From Rhizodiscina lignyota (lineage: Eukaryota), in the NCBI GenBank assembly GCA_010015805.1, contig ML978126.1, positions 1,612,001-1,676,000 of the forward strand: 64,000 nucleotides of DNA, written 5' to 3'. Positions 1 to 11,604 of the stretch are shown in pieces. Both the position numbers and the translations under genes were made by a program. The notes beneath the pieces are model-generated. The model was not told the DNA's origin. It saw only the letters and a program-made list of their open reading frames with translations, and searched no databases. How positions within the stretch are numbered: the stretch's first letter is position 1; each line of letters starts with the position of its first letter.

Positions 1-3000
1 GCTCAGCTGAGCAGATCTCCTTTACCCAGAGGAAGTTGACATGAAGCTGGACCGTGATGGCGATTGCATGTTGCATAGAGAGCCCCAAGCTTGAAGGCTC
101 AAGCCAAGTTCCTGATGCCAAACTTCTCGCATCTTCGACTGTATCAGGAGATATCCTCAGCCAGCTGTGGTCAGTGAACACCGCATACTTCGTGTCCCAA
201 TGCCCAGGACCAAAAGATGAAGTTTCCACGAGGGAAATCCGGTGGACCTTGCCCTTAACAGTGCTGATCTCGAGAAGCTTGGAGGGTAGCCCGCTATGGT
301 CTACTGATTGATGTGAAGAGCTTTTGGTTACGGCAAAGTCAGGGGACGACAAAGCAGGTGGCGGAAAAGCGATTCCCCAGCGCAGAAGAAGGTCACTCGC
401 ACGCCACGATTGCCTCTTTCCGAGTTCTTGAGGTGATATATTCGGAACAGTTGTCTTTTTCCATCCCGTGCAGTCTTCACTGAAGTGCAGCGTTGCCCAA
501 TTTAGGGATAAAGAGCGAGGGATGAAGTTTAGCAGTCGATCAAATCCGACTGCAATTTGGAGAGCAGTGGGGCGTGCAGAAGGAAGAGGATTGAGCATAG
601 CGGCCGCAAGTACCCAGAGGCCCTCGAAGAGGGAATCGCATTGATCATTGGCGGCTCGCTCGAGTTGTCGGTTTAAATACCGTGCCGTTGCAGATAAACG
701 ACGTCTCGTAAATTGATGTCCATTCTGACTGAAAACTCTGGAGACAAGATGTTCGCGGAGCAATTGGACTGAGCCTTGAGTGAGAATCACAAGGACCTCA
801 GCAAAAACCGCACCAAGCGAGAAGATGTCGCTTTTCATTGTATGTATAGAGGATGAGAGAGCCTCTGGCGCAGAGAACATCTGCGGCATGTCTGATGCAG
901 AAATCTTGATCGGCCGCGTAGCCATCTTCGTGGTCAAAGAATTACGCTCCGTGGTTGAACTTCCGAAGTCCGCGTACAAAAACTTCGTGCGAGCAATGAG
1001 AATATTGTCCGGTCGGATGTCGTTATGAAGGATTCTCTTCTGGTGAAGGTAGACCAATCCATCCACGAGTGCAATAAGACCAGCAAGGAGCTCGTGGCGC
1101 TGCACACTGCTGTAGTGTTTCGGGTCGAGAAGGTATCGCTCCAGATCAAAGTCGGCCACGGGCTCCATGAGCAGGGTTGGTCGCGGGCCTTGTGACAGCC
1201 CTGCCACAAATCGAACGCAGCTGGGATGGTTAATGAGTTGCAGAATCTCGATCTCACGTTGGAAATGCGCCAAGTCGACACCAGTCGCCCCTGGCTCCCG
1301 AAGAAGTTTCTGGGCGTAAGAAAAGCCTGTCGGGCCGTGTCGAATTTCCTCTACCCACGTGAAGGTGCCGCAACCAAGAGTCTGCACATTTTCAAAGCTG
1401 TCGCTCTGCTCCGAAAATGGAAGCACAAGAGCTCCAAGCAAATCAATGCGTTGTGCGAATGTAAATCTGGCTGCGTTATGAATAGCTCGGTGGGGTGCAC
1501 CAGAGCCTGATGTCGACGTTGCATCATTCATGAAATAAGCCGGCGAACTAGAAATAGAAGACGGAGAGAGCGCGCTAGAAGGACGCGTTATTGTCGTGCA
1601 GTTCCCAACAGCTGCAGGGACGGTGGCAGTATTGCTCACGGATGCCTTTCGCACTTTGCAACTATCCGGGTCTTGTTCAGGCCAGTCTCTAATATAGCGG
1701 GTTCCGTTGCGACTTTCATAGTAGTCGTGAAAGTGATCATGGAGATGGTTCAGTCTGTCTTTCCAGCTTTTGAATTTGTATCCCCCGAATCCACAGCGGG
1801 GCTCGAACAGTCGAGCGTTGACAGGCCTCGAGAAAAATGACTGCTCCACCAGTTTTTCTGTACTTTCTCTTCCTTGTGCATGGACTTGCGCCCTGACTAA
1901 ATGGTCTCTCATTTTGTCCTTTCTCAGAAACAACTTCGGGTCTTTTCTGCCCTCCCTTCGACACAGAATGCAAAGGTACACAGCTTGAGGTTGGCGCATC
2001 TCCTCGTGGCGCTCCCATTCATATCTACCCTTGAATCTTTTCTCACAACCCCATGTGCATTCCCAGGTCCCGTCATTCGGTTGATTATCCCTGGTCTGAT
2101 TGACGGCTGTACGTTTGCAATCCTTCTTCGTAATGCTTTTCTCGATGTAGTCGTTCCATGTCTTGGTAGAGGAGTCGAGTTCAGGCGATCCTTTCCGCAA
2201 GTCGGACGATGGGGTAGAGATTGGAAGTGGATTTGTAGGCGGCTCCAGCTCAACATAAGAGCTACTGTAAGTGTAGGAGCTGCCTCTCTGTAGAGACTGA
2301 GCAAGTCTGTTTCCGCAATCGTGCGTTGCATTTCGAGTTTTGTTGCTCCGCTTCTTCAAAAAACTGAGGACAGCTGACACGGGCAGCTCCATTTCACTTG
2401 CAATAGTGTTGAGTCGTTCTTGAATGCTGTCAATCTTCTCAATTTCTCTGGGTGATAGTTGGTGCTCATCAATGTCGCTTCCGTCAACATCTTGATTTTT
2501 CTTTTTCCTCTTCCGTTGGTTTCTTGCTGCAATGTCGGGCGACACTGCGTCCTGTTCATTCTGCGAACTGTTCTGTAGGTTCCGGCTGAACAGGCAGTCT
2601 GGAAACGATCCTGGCGACATGCCATCTGAAGGCTGTATGTCTGAGGGCAGATCCGAAAATGTACAGTAATCGAGCCCTGGGAATTCAAATGGACTGGCAT
2701 CAACTGCACTTGTCAGGCTTGTAGAATAGGTCTCCTGACTTGGATATGTTTGTTGACTCGTTCCGGTGGCATGTTGATCGGTAGGATTGGACGGAAAGGA
2801 GGGATGGGGCGCCTAATTCAAGTAAGTGAATATGCAGGATAAGATGCATGTAGCCAGCTCACAGTTGCCTGTGGCGGAGATGTATAATGACTAGCACCAA
2901 GTTCAAGGCTGAATGTCTCATGAGCGTTATGCCCAGGACCAGCGTCATAAGGTCCAAACCCGTTGCCTGCATCAGTGGATCCCTGAAGATCAGGCTCGTC

Positions 3001-3078
3001 CAATTGGTTGATATAATCGTCAATTGAGCTGCCCCCACCAAGGGCGTACATCACGCTGTCGTCCATTTCGATGGACAT
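1..3078 (-). CDS. C2H2-type zinc-finger / protein kinase fusion protein (3' end outside window)
   Basis: Exon 1 is 3078-2863 (MSIEMDD...PPQAT), followed by a 50-nt GTGAG..TAG intron at 2862-2813. One frame then runs from 2812 towards base 1; it is absent from the ORF track, consistent with no stop in the window, and I translated ~2070-770 by hand without finding one. It encodes WECTWGCEKRFKGRYEWERHEE..YLCILC..FLRKDKMRDHL..H..CGF..FKSWKDRLNHLHDHF, then kinase motifs GCGTFT, YAQK, REIEIL, MEPVAD, HNDIRPDN, DFG, APE, DIFSLG. Confidence 0.85.
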
Positions 3079-4304
3079 GTCAGTCCTCGTAGGTTAGGCC
3101 GGTAAAAAATCTCACAGATCAAGATGCAGCATTTTCTCCTGTCTCATCGTTCGAGGCAAACGGTACGCGAAGTGATAAACCTCGAGGCACAGGGCGGAAG
3201 GGGGCGTCGAGAGCCTCCGCCCGTTCGCAATCCTTGTTCGCCCGGTTTCGTGGAAGCCAGCCATTGGCAAACGCTTTGAAGCAACGTCACGAGCGAGAGA
3301 GGCAGCAGCCATCGTATCAAATGGCGAGCAGATGTTCAGATGAGTTCAAATGCCCATCGGCATGCGTCGAACACGAGACTGCGATTCTCGAGGAGGTGCA
3401 AATCAAACGAGAGCGCGTAGAGACGCGGCACAAACTCAAAGCCGATCAAGGTTTATCCATATCGCGCATTCGCGGGGCAGGCACTTAGGCTTACATGGCA
3501 CCGCCAGCTGGGTGGAGGGCGGAGTTGGAGTTGCGGGAAGACATCATTCAATTCAAATGAGGGTGCAAACCGACTCGCCATGTTGAGGGAGGCATAGGGA
3601 CGAGAGGAAGAGGGAAAGAGAGAGTGAAGATGGCAGCGGATGAGTCGTGGCGAGAAGTTGGAGTCTGAATGAGCTCGCACGGTCCCGCCCTCCACTGCGG
3701 AGTACTCCGCAGGATACGCAAACCACAGGGTCGCGTCAGACCCATTCTCCGTAACTGGGCTCAATTGATTTGGATTTGCTCCTCCCCTTCGTCAAAGCGA
3801 TGGGTGGTTGAGCAGCGGCCGTCATGTCCGACAGTGCTGCCTTTCCGGAGCTTGGAGGACTCTGCGATAGAGTACAAGGCGAGGCTCGACCGTTCTGGGA
3901 GACGCGTTTGCGACACACCACGCGCCATGAGCGCGTCCTCGCACGACGGCCCTCGACCATCTGCACACCCCTAGCTGCCCGAGGCGTTGACTCGTCAGCT
4001 GCTACGCACACTTCACCTTCGAACATCCAGAGCAGTAAAAGCAATATGTCGGACTGGGCTAGCGGCTAGAACGGCAGTCCAATACCAATTCCATACGGAA
4101 TGACTAGCCGGATTCAGCAAAGGCAAGCTGTTGAAGGGCGCCCCAACGCCGGTTCTCCACATACAATACGCATCATAGAAAAAGCGGAGTAAGGCAGTGA
4201 ATTTCTTTTAATGGCGGTGGGGCGCGCGAGAGTCTTTGTACATAACCTCTTTATTCTCCCTAACCGAAATTGAATCGAGTTCATTGTCCGAGGGATCCAT
4301 CATC

Positions 4305-6228
4305 ATGTCGAAGGTCGACAATGGAGAAGAGCCGCGCGCGGAGCCAGCAAGACAGGAGAGTTTGGAGATGCCACAGTCAATAACGGCGAGCCAACAGGGA
4401 AGTTTAGCAGAGATAGTAGTAGACCAGCCAAACATTCGGAGCAAAGCGAGGGTACTGGCGATTCTGGCTGCTCTTTATGTACGTATTCGCCTGCCCCATC
4501 AGACAAGAGGAGGCCGCTAATGTGGGCTCTTAGCTCTCACTATTCGTCGCCGCGCTCGATCAAACAATCATCGCAACTGCAATCCCCACGATATCCAACC
4601 AGTTGCATGGCTCTTCCGGCTTCGTCTGGATCGGCGGCGCCTACCTTCTCGCCAATGCCGCTGCTGCACCAATCTGGGCCAAGTTGTCCGACATTTGGGG
4701 ACGGAAGCCCATTCTCCTCCTCGTCGTGGCGTGGTTCTTCGGCAGCTCGATCATTTGCGCAACCGCAAAGTCAATGAACGTGCTCATCATTGGACGTGCA
4801 TTTCAAGGAACCGCTGGAGGTGGCTTGATTCAACTTGTCAATATTACTTTGTCAGATCTATTCAGCATGAGGTTCGCCATGTTGCCACTTCCAATGTGAT
4901 CGCGCTAACGCCCAGAACAGGAGTCGCGCGCTCTACATTGGCCTTCTTGAGACGATGTGGTGCGTCGCCGGCGGCATTGGCCCTATTCTTGGTGGCACGT
5001 TTGCAGAGCTTATATCATGGCGATGGGCTTTCTGGATCAACCTTCCTGTATCGGGATCCACTTTCTTCCTTCTGTTGTTCTTCCTTGACGTGCATAACCC
5101 TCGAACGAATGCATTCGACGGCATCAAGGCGATTGACTGGTTTGGCAGCTTCTCAATCCTGGGATTAACAGTAATGTTCTTACTTGGCTTGAATTTTGGT
5201 GGAGAAGCTTTCCCATGGAGTTCTCCACAGGTTATATGTCTCATCGTCTTTGGCGCGCTGATGAGTGTCCTCTTCATCTTTAGCGAGAAAAAACTCGCGC
5301 GCTACCCGCTGATGCCGCCAAATATCTTCAGCCATCGATCAAATATATCAACACTACTGGTCACATTCTTCCATGGCATTGTAAGCTCCTAGAACATTGG
5401 ATTTCCATCTCCATGCTGTAGTGAAAATTGCAGGAGACTAACCGCTTGCAGACCTTCATAGGCGCCGAATTCTATCTCCCTCTGTACTTTCAATCCGTTC
5501 GTCAAGCCTCTCCCCTCAAATCCGGTGTTCTCGTCCTCCCTTTTATTGTCCTCGAAGCGCTTATGGGCATCACCGCTGGTGTCATCATCCACCAAACAGG
5601 ACGCTATCTCGAGCTCATCTACGTCGGCCTTTTCCTCCTCACACTCGGCGGAGGCCTTTATATTCTTTTCGATGCACACGCAAGCCTCGCGAAGATCATA
5701 ATCATTGAGATAGTTGCAGGGATTGGAGGTGGACTACTGTTTGAACCGCCTCTTATCGCACTACAGGCCATGGTGAGACAGGATGAGGTTGCAACTGCGA
5801 CGGGGACGCTGGGCTTTATCCGCAACCTCGCATGCTCTTTGGGAGTCGTCATTGGAGGCGTCATTTTCCAAAACGGTATGGAAACTCGCAGTGATAGTCT
5901 CCGCGCAGCTGGACTGCCGCCAGACCTCCTCAATGCGTTTTCTGGCCACGACGCCGAAGCGAATGTGCTACTCGTAGGCTCAATTCAGAACGGGACTCAG
6001 AAGATGGCTGTGAAAGAGGCCTATGCAGGGAGCCTTAAAAACGTTTGGATATTCTATACATGTACGGCGGCTTGTGCGCTCCTTTGTAGCGTTTTTATTG
6101 CTAGGGCTGTGCTGAGTACAGAACATGTGGAGACAAAGACTGGATTGAAGGAGAAGGAAATGGAAGACAATGGGGCGCAGGAAATGCCGGCTGAGACGTC
6201 TATTGAACTACAGCAAACTGTTGCGTAA
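4305..6228 (+). CDS. MFS drug:H+ antiporter (DHA2/14-TMS type)
   Basis: Spliced ORFs contain ALDQTIIATAIP, WAKLSDIWGRK (MFS motif A), GRAFQGTAGGG, GPILGG, WRWAFWINLP and many hydrophobic segments. Introns at about 4479-4533, 4872-4920 and 5380-5451. Confidence 0.93.
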
Positions 6229-7088
6229 ATACATACAGTAGCAATGGCGTTGGCTCCAAAATGGTTGATAGCTTTTTCATAGTGAGCACCTATCTACCTA
6301 CGGAAGGTTGAACCTTTGACTGGTCAGAATGATCATAAAGCAATGAATCGAGGCACCAATTGAGTAGGATTGGATGTATATAACCATTGCCATGGAGTCA
6401 TCTAAGGCTCCTATGCGCCTCCTAAGGTAAATGCTTTCAATTTATTTTGATCCAACGGCTGCTGACAGAGTTTACCAGACTACATGTAATTGGATCTATG
6501 AGAGTTTGGTCTTCCATCAACTAGCCAGTCTTTATCATTCTGCTAATCAAGCAGATACTTCCAATTGTATAGAGATTCAATCAGCCCGTCTTTGGTGGGT
6601 GGTTCTGTCCCTGGCCAGTGATAGCTTGCATGTCTAACTAATGCGTTTCATTCCAACGGCAGCCCATTTCGGGGTATCTTTTATCCCTTCACAGTCCTTA
6701 GATACTGGAGCTGCTTTCCTTACTGTCGGCGTCGTTGGAGACTCCTATACTAGGTGGTTCCACCGGCTGATACACTTTCCGTTGCTGTATTTCCGGGCAA
6801 TGCCGTCACCTTTCCGCGTGTAGAAAGTCGAAACGTGACGGTTTGGCATTGTTTTGGCCGTGCACAGCTGATCTTTTCCTCTCCAGACGTAGTATCACAC
6901 GTGTAAACTTCCAAATTGGGGTCAACACCGATTTTTGACCAACCTGATGGCAAGGACCACCACCCAACCACCCCCATGGAGCATTCTAGACCCTTATACC
7001 TAAACCTTATTCAAACGCCACCCTCCAACCCCCCCAGGATAACACTGCCCTTACTACATTCATCCTAGCCTCTGCCTAGCTTACCTGG

Positions 7089-7118
7089 CCTGAGCTCAGG
7101 GCCCTCTGAGTATAAATA
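7089..7118 (+). promoter_or_regulatory. Promoter of U2-like copy 1: palindrome CCTGAGCTCAGG plus TATA box
   Basis: Perfect 12-bp palindrome at 7089-7100 and TATAAATA at 7111-7118, about 40 nt before the U2-like 5' end. The same arrangement recurs at 60238-60267. Confidence 0.65.
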
Positions 7119-7155
7119 CCTCCCACTCTTCCACCTTCCTCCTCTTTTCTTCTTC

Positions 7156-7346
7156 AGTTCTCTTTGCCTTTTGGCTTAGATCAAACGAAGATTTTGTTCT
7201 TCACAGTTTAATCTCTGTGACAAGACTACGGTCTTTTCCTTGATTATTCAAATATTTGGAACCGGGTGATGATTCTTTGGGCTTTGCTCCGAGGCTTCAA
7301 AGCCACAGTGTCGCCGGTATTGCACTATCTCCGGCCGACGCGAACC
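7156..7346 (+). ncRNA. U2 snRNA variant, copy 1 (branch-recognition sequence GAAGAU instead of GUAGUA)
   Basis: The 5' end TCTCTTTGCCTTTTGGCTTAGATCAA matches fungal U2, followed by TGTTCTT. Stem IIa CACAG-TTTAATCT-CTGTG; stem IIb AAGAC-TACG-GTCTT; IIc partner GATTA; Sm-like AATATTTGG; SLIII region; SLIV GCCGG-TATTGCACTATCT-CCGGC. Length about 190 nt, followed by a T-rich tract. Ends are approximate. Confidence 0.9.
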
Positions 7347-10300
7347 TCCTCACTCTTTGTTTTTTCAGTGCCTCGTCTGCCTTGCGCTGGCGATCATCGA
7401 AGAAACCTTTGAAATTTTCCTTTCAATTCCTGCTTTGAACTCCCTTGATCCCTATGCTACTATGATACAATGATACTTTCAGGCTATACCTTGTATCTGC
7501 TACCATCATACTATGCCCATGTTTCAGTTTAAACAGTGGCTGGTAAGGTAGGGAATGTGAGGCGGCTGGTAGATGTATTTTGCTGAGCGTGAGATCATTA
7601 CTATCAGCGGCGTCGTATGGGTTTACATAACAATGAGTAAATAAGACCCATAGCTTGTAGACGCACTGAAGCCTAAATGGTAGCTATACCAGGTATGCTT
7701 GATTGTAGGGCCGTGATATTCGTGTTCGAGTAAAGTAATTGAGCAAAACAGAATGTGAAGTCGTGAGCTACAGTCTTAAGGTGGGCTCCTTGCAGCCACT
7801 AGTGAGATCTAGCACTAGTTCCTCTCATGGAACATACATCTCTACATCTCTAAGAGCTTTAAATGCTGAAATAATATGTTGAGTTGACTGTCGGCTGTAG
7901 TTGTGGTGGTGATCAGAGAGTAGGAAAAGATGGTGTTGTGAACATCACAGCTGGAGGTGGCAGCGGCAATGTGTACATTTACTTTATTGTGCAGATCGGA
8001 AGATCTATCGTTAAGGAAGTTCTTAGTATCCTGTTATGCATCTCAACTACTTCGACGTTGATGTTGTGGGCAAGTGACTTCTTAGTAGTATTCTGCAGCA
8101 GTATTCTCGCGGTCCAGGCTCACCCACAAACTCGAATTTCGATGGTTATTATTGGCAAAAGACCCCCTCAGTTATAGTCTGGCGCTTCTATATTGAATTA
8201 AGATATATATGTCCATCTTTCAGCTAACCTCTGCGTAAGTAGAACGACAGAAAGCTTTCCATAACCTCCTTTCCTAGCCTTAATGCGACCGATTCCGTTG
8301 TAAACAACGCCGTCAGCCAGACGAGCAGCATATTTCAGACATGAGGAGTCTTTCAACATAGAAAGACGTCAAAATAACCTTTGACGAAGATAAGAACGAT
8401 AAATACTGGTACTGATTCGCCTACTCATAGCAGAATACCCATCGTCGCGATCGGTATCCTATACGCAAATCCAAAACAGTTTCCCATCCAGCGCCGCCTA
8501 ATTTATCCCCTCGGGAGCTCAGCTTTATATTCAACGAACTGATACACGCTGAGGCAGAAGACTAATACATCCCATATGCTAATGCGCTGCTAAAGCTTTT
8601 ACTTATCACAAACGACACCTTCGAAGCATAGTCTTGTCATCGGACCACACAAACACCATTCGAACTTCATTTCCAATCGCCACCTTTCTTTGTATCTTCA
8701 GTAATCCTCTGAAGATATTGAGCAGCATGCTGTCTTCCTATGCGGCTACACCAATCTTCAAAGCGATGCTTCTTGACTATGTTGACGAGTACAAGCTCAA
8801 GACGCTACTAAAATAACAAGATCTCAAACAGGTGACTTTACCTGAGCCTATCTCACTGGATGTTTGGCTGATTGAGACAGAATTCTACTCCCACCTCTTC
8901 CTCCATATTTGCAGCCCGAACTCGAATACACGGCACCCAGAAATACCTCGAACATAACAATCAACACCAAGTCTTGATAACTGGACTCGTGGCGCGGATT
9001 GACGCCGAATACCTTGCCTCTCCTCGAGCAATACACACCATATCTTCAGTCAAATGGAGTTCATGATCTAGACAACCACAAATTTGATAGTAACTTTGTG
9101 TCAGTATCTTCACTGGAGTCGAAGAGATACAACTTGACCTCCAAACTTTGGTCAATGAACTTAGAAGTCAATGTTGGCAGAAACAACACCGAAAATGGAC
9201 TGAAGAAGACAAGCTGGTACAGTTGAGGAGAGAGAAGAGAAATGGAAGCGTGATTGGGCAAGGACAAAGACATAACGCGCTGGGAAGCAAAAGTTTCTCA
9301 AACATGGAGCATTCCAGCCACGGACTTGGGATAATGGCCAAGGTACTCGCAGAGTAGTAGATAATGCTTCATTCTAAGTCTACTGCCCATTGCTAACTGC
9401 TGCTAGTAAATAGTTCCAGCTTCTCCTGACCATTTCCCACTGCAATTTAAATCCCCCTTCTGCATCCATCTCCTGCTCGAACTACAAATGTCATTTCTCC
9501 ATCCGGCGACTAGTACCCAGTGTAGAAGCGCATTTGCATCAAACGTGGGAGCAGATACAAACGCAGCTTTAGATTGAAGGCGTACTAGGCGGATAGAGTT
9601 AAACGGTCATGGAGTGGAAGAAGAACAGTTCTTAAGATTTTGAGCTAAACTGGCGTAGAGACTGTGGGCTTCGGAAGGAACACTTAGCGAAGCCATAAGT
9701 TAGACCGAGAAGCATGAGAAGAATGGAATGGTCTAGAGGAAGTTATGATCTTGCTCGGCAGGGGATATTACAGATCTAGCTGGTAAATTCTGACACGATC
9801 ATCATGTCTGGATAGACAATGTACAGCTATTCTACTAGCTTATCGTTGTACATCTAAGAAAATGACCAATGACGGTGTGGGAAAGCTACATCGGTGATGT
9901 CGAGAAGACCACTAGTATACCGATAACCACCTCCCCTTTGGAGGATGGTACGAGCCCTCTAGAACATCCTTCGCAAGCGTTAGAAGACGATGCCGAATTG
10001 ATTAGTCTACTTTGCAGTTATCTCTGTCAAGCGAATACCGCATTAGGTTAGCGCTTCCAATGTGAGGGCTCTTTGATGGTGCCTTGCTTGCATCCCACTA
10101 ATCGCGACCACCTTTGTGGCTCCCCAGCTACCACACTTCTATTCCAGGTCTTATTTTGATTTTGATTATCTTCTGCGGCATGCGGCGCTGCAGTGCGGCC
10201 CTTTTGCGATGGATCGGAGGCCGAACATCTTTGACTCGGATTACTGAACCGGAGCTACCGACTCGCAGCACAATTATACCTGACTCCAAGGTCGAAGAAC

Positions 10301-10516
10301 AACGAGAAAATTGCTATAGCGATAATGTTTTGGATCTATGGGTTAAGTTTGAGATATGAGTAATGATGTCTTAGATTAGTATCGTAGAGATACACTATAG
10401 ATTTGTAGGGCCTAGGGCATCTTGATTGGGTCTCTATAAGTTCCCCAAGAAACGCAACTCTTGTCACGCCAGAGCTGTTCTTTTGTCTGTACCTTTCCAG
10501 CTTACACTTGGCCGAA

Positions 10517-11604
10517 ATGACAAACAAAACTGCAGTGATAATCGGTGGAACTGGCGCTGGGGGCATTCCTGTTGTCCGAGGTTTGGTCCTCGAAGTCAAA
10601 GACTCGGAGCAAGGTATCGCTGACTGCTACATCCAGAGCTCTCAAAGCACAATTATAACGTCCGAGTACTTACACGCAATCCCGACGATGCTCATTCCAA
10701 GTCTCTAACCTCTATCCCCAATGTAACCCTTTACGCCGGCGACATAAAGGACGTCGAAGCACTCCGCGCCGCCTTCAAAGGCGCCCACCTCGCCTTCGTC
10801 AATCTCAATAGCTGGGTGCTGGGGATCAAGAATGAGATTTTCTGGGGAATTCGAATATTCGAGATAGCAGTACAGTGTGGAATCGAGCATTACATTTGGT
10901 CCTCGTTGGACAACTTCTTCCTCGAAACCAAATACGACGACGACCTTCGCGTTGGCCATTACTATGGCAAAGGCCATGTCGAGCAGTGGATGACGGCTCT
11001 TCCGCAGACGCCGATGAAGTGGTCGATTATCACGACGAGTCCGTATATCGAGTCTCTCTGGCAAGCGTGGCATCCCAGAGTCTTGGAGGACGGAACAAGA
11101 GAGTTCGCTTTGCCGCTGAATGATGGTGCTGTTCCATTCACATGCATTGAGGAGATTGGATACTATGCGCGCTGGGTCTTCGAGCATCCGGGTGAGTCGG
11201 CTGGCATGAATCTCAAGCTTGCCGTCGAGCATGTCTCGCTGCCCATGTTCGCGGAAGCACTCACGCAGGTGACCGGCATTCCTGCGAGATCGAAGAACAT
11301 TACCATCGAAGAATGGATTCAAACGGGACCTTTTAATACGGCACAAGATTTCAAAATGGGATCACAATCTGAGCCAGCCGATGACCCATCGCTCTTGACG
11401 GTGGCGCAGAATTTTTCGGCCTGGATGAGGCTGTATCAGAGATCTGGCGGAAACAAGGGGATCCTCCGGCGCGACTACGCGCTCCTGGACAGAATATATC
11501 CAGAAAGGGTGAAGACTTTAAAAGAGTGGATGGAAAAGACGAACTACAAGGCGGATAAGGCGAAGAAGGTGACTATGAGACCGGCTTGGAGTGCGAAATA
11601 TTGA
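10517..11604 (+). CDS. NmrA-like NAD(P)-binding protein
   Basis: N-terminal VIIGGTGAGG Rossmann motif; intron at about 10581-10636; then VRVLTRNP, HYIWSSLD and HYYGKGHVEQW, typical of the NmrA/HSCARG family. Confidence 0.9.

Noticed and set aside
7089..7346. The three-copy dispersed repeat as a MITE, SINE or solo LTR
   Set aside because: No terminal inverted repeats, TG..CA ends or evident target-site duplications; the homology coincides with a promoter plus the U2 fold.
8300..9400. Possible BTB-like gene relic
   Set aside because: Too many stops and no convincing motif to support a call.
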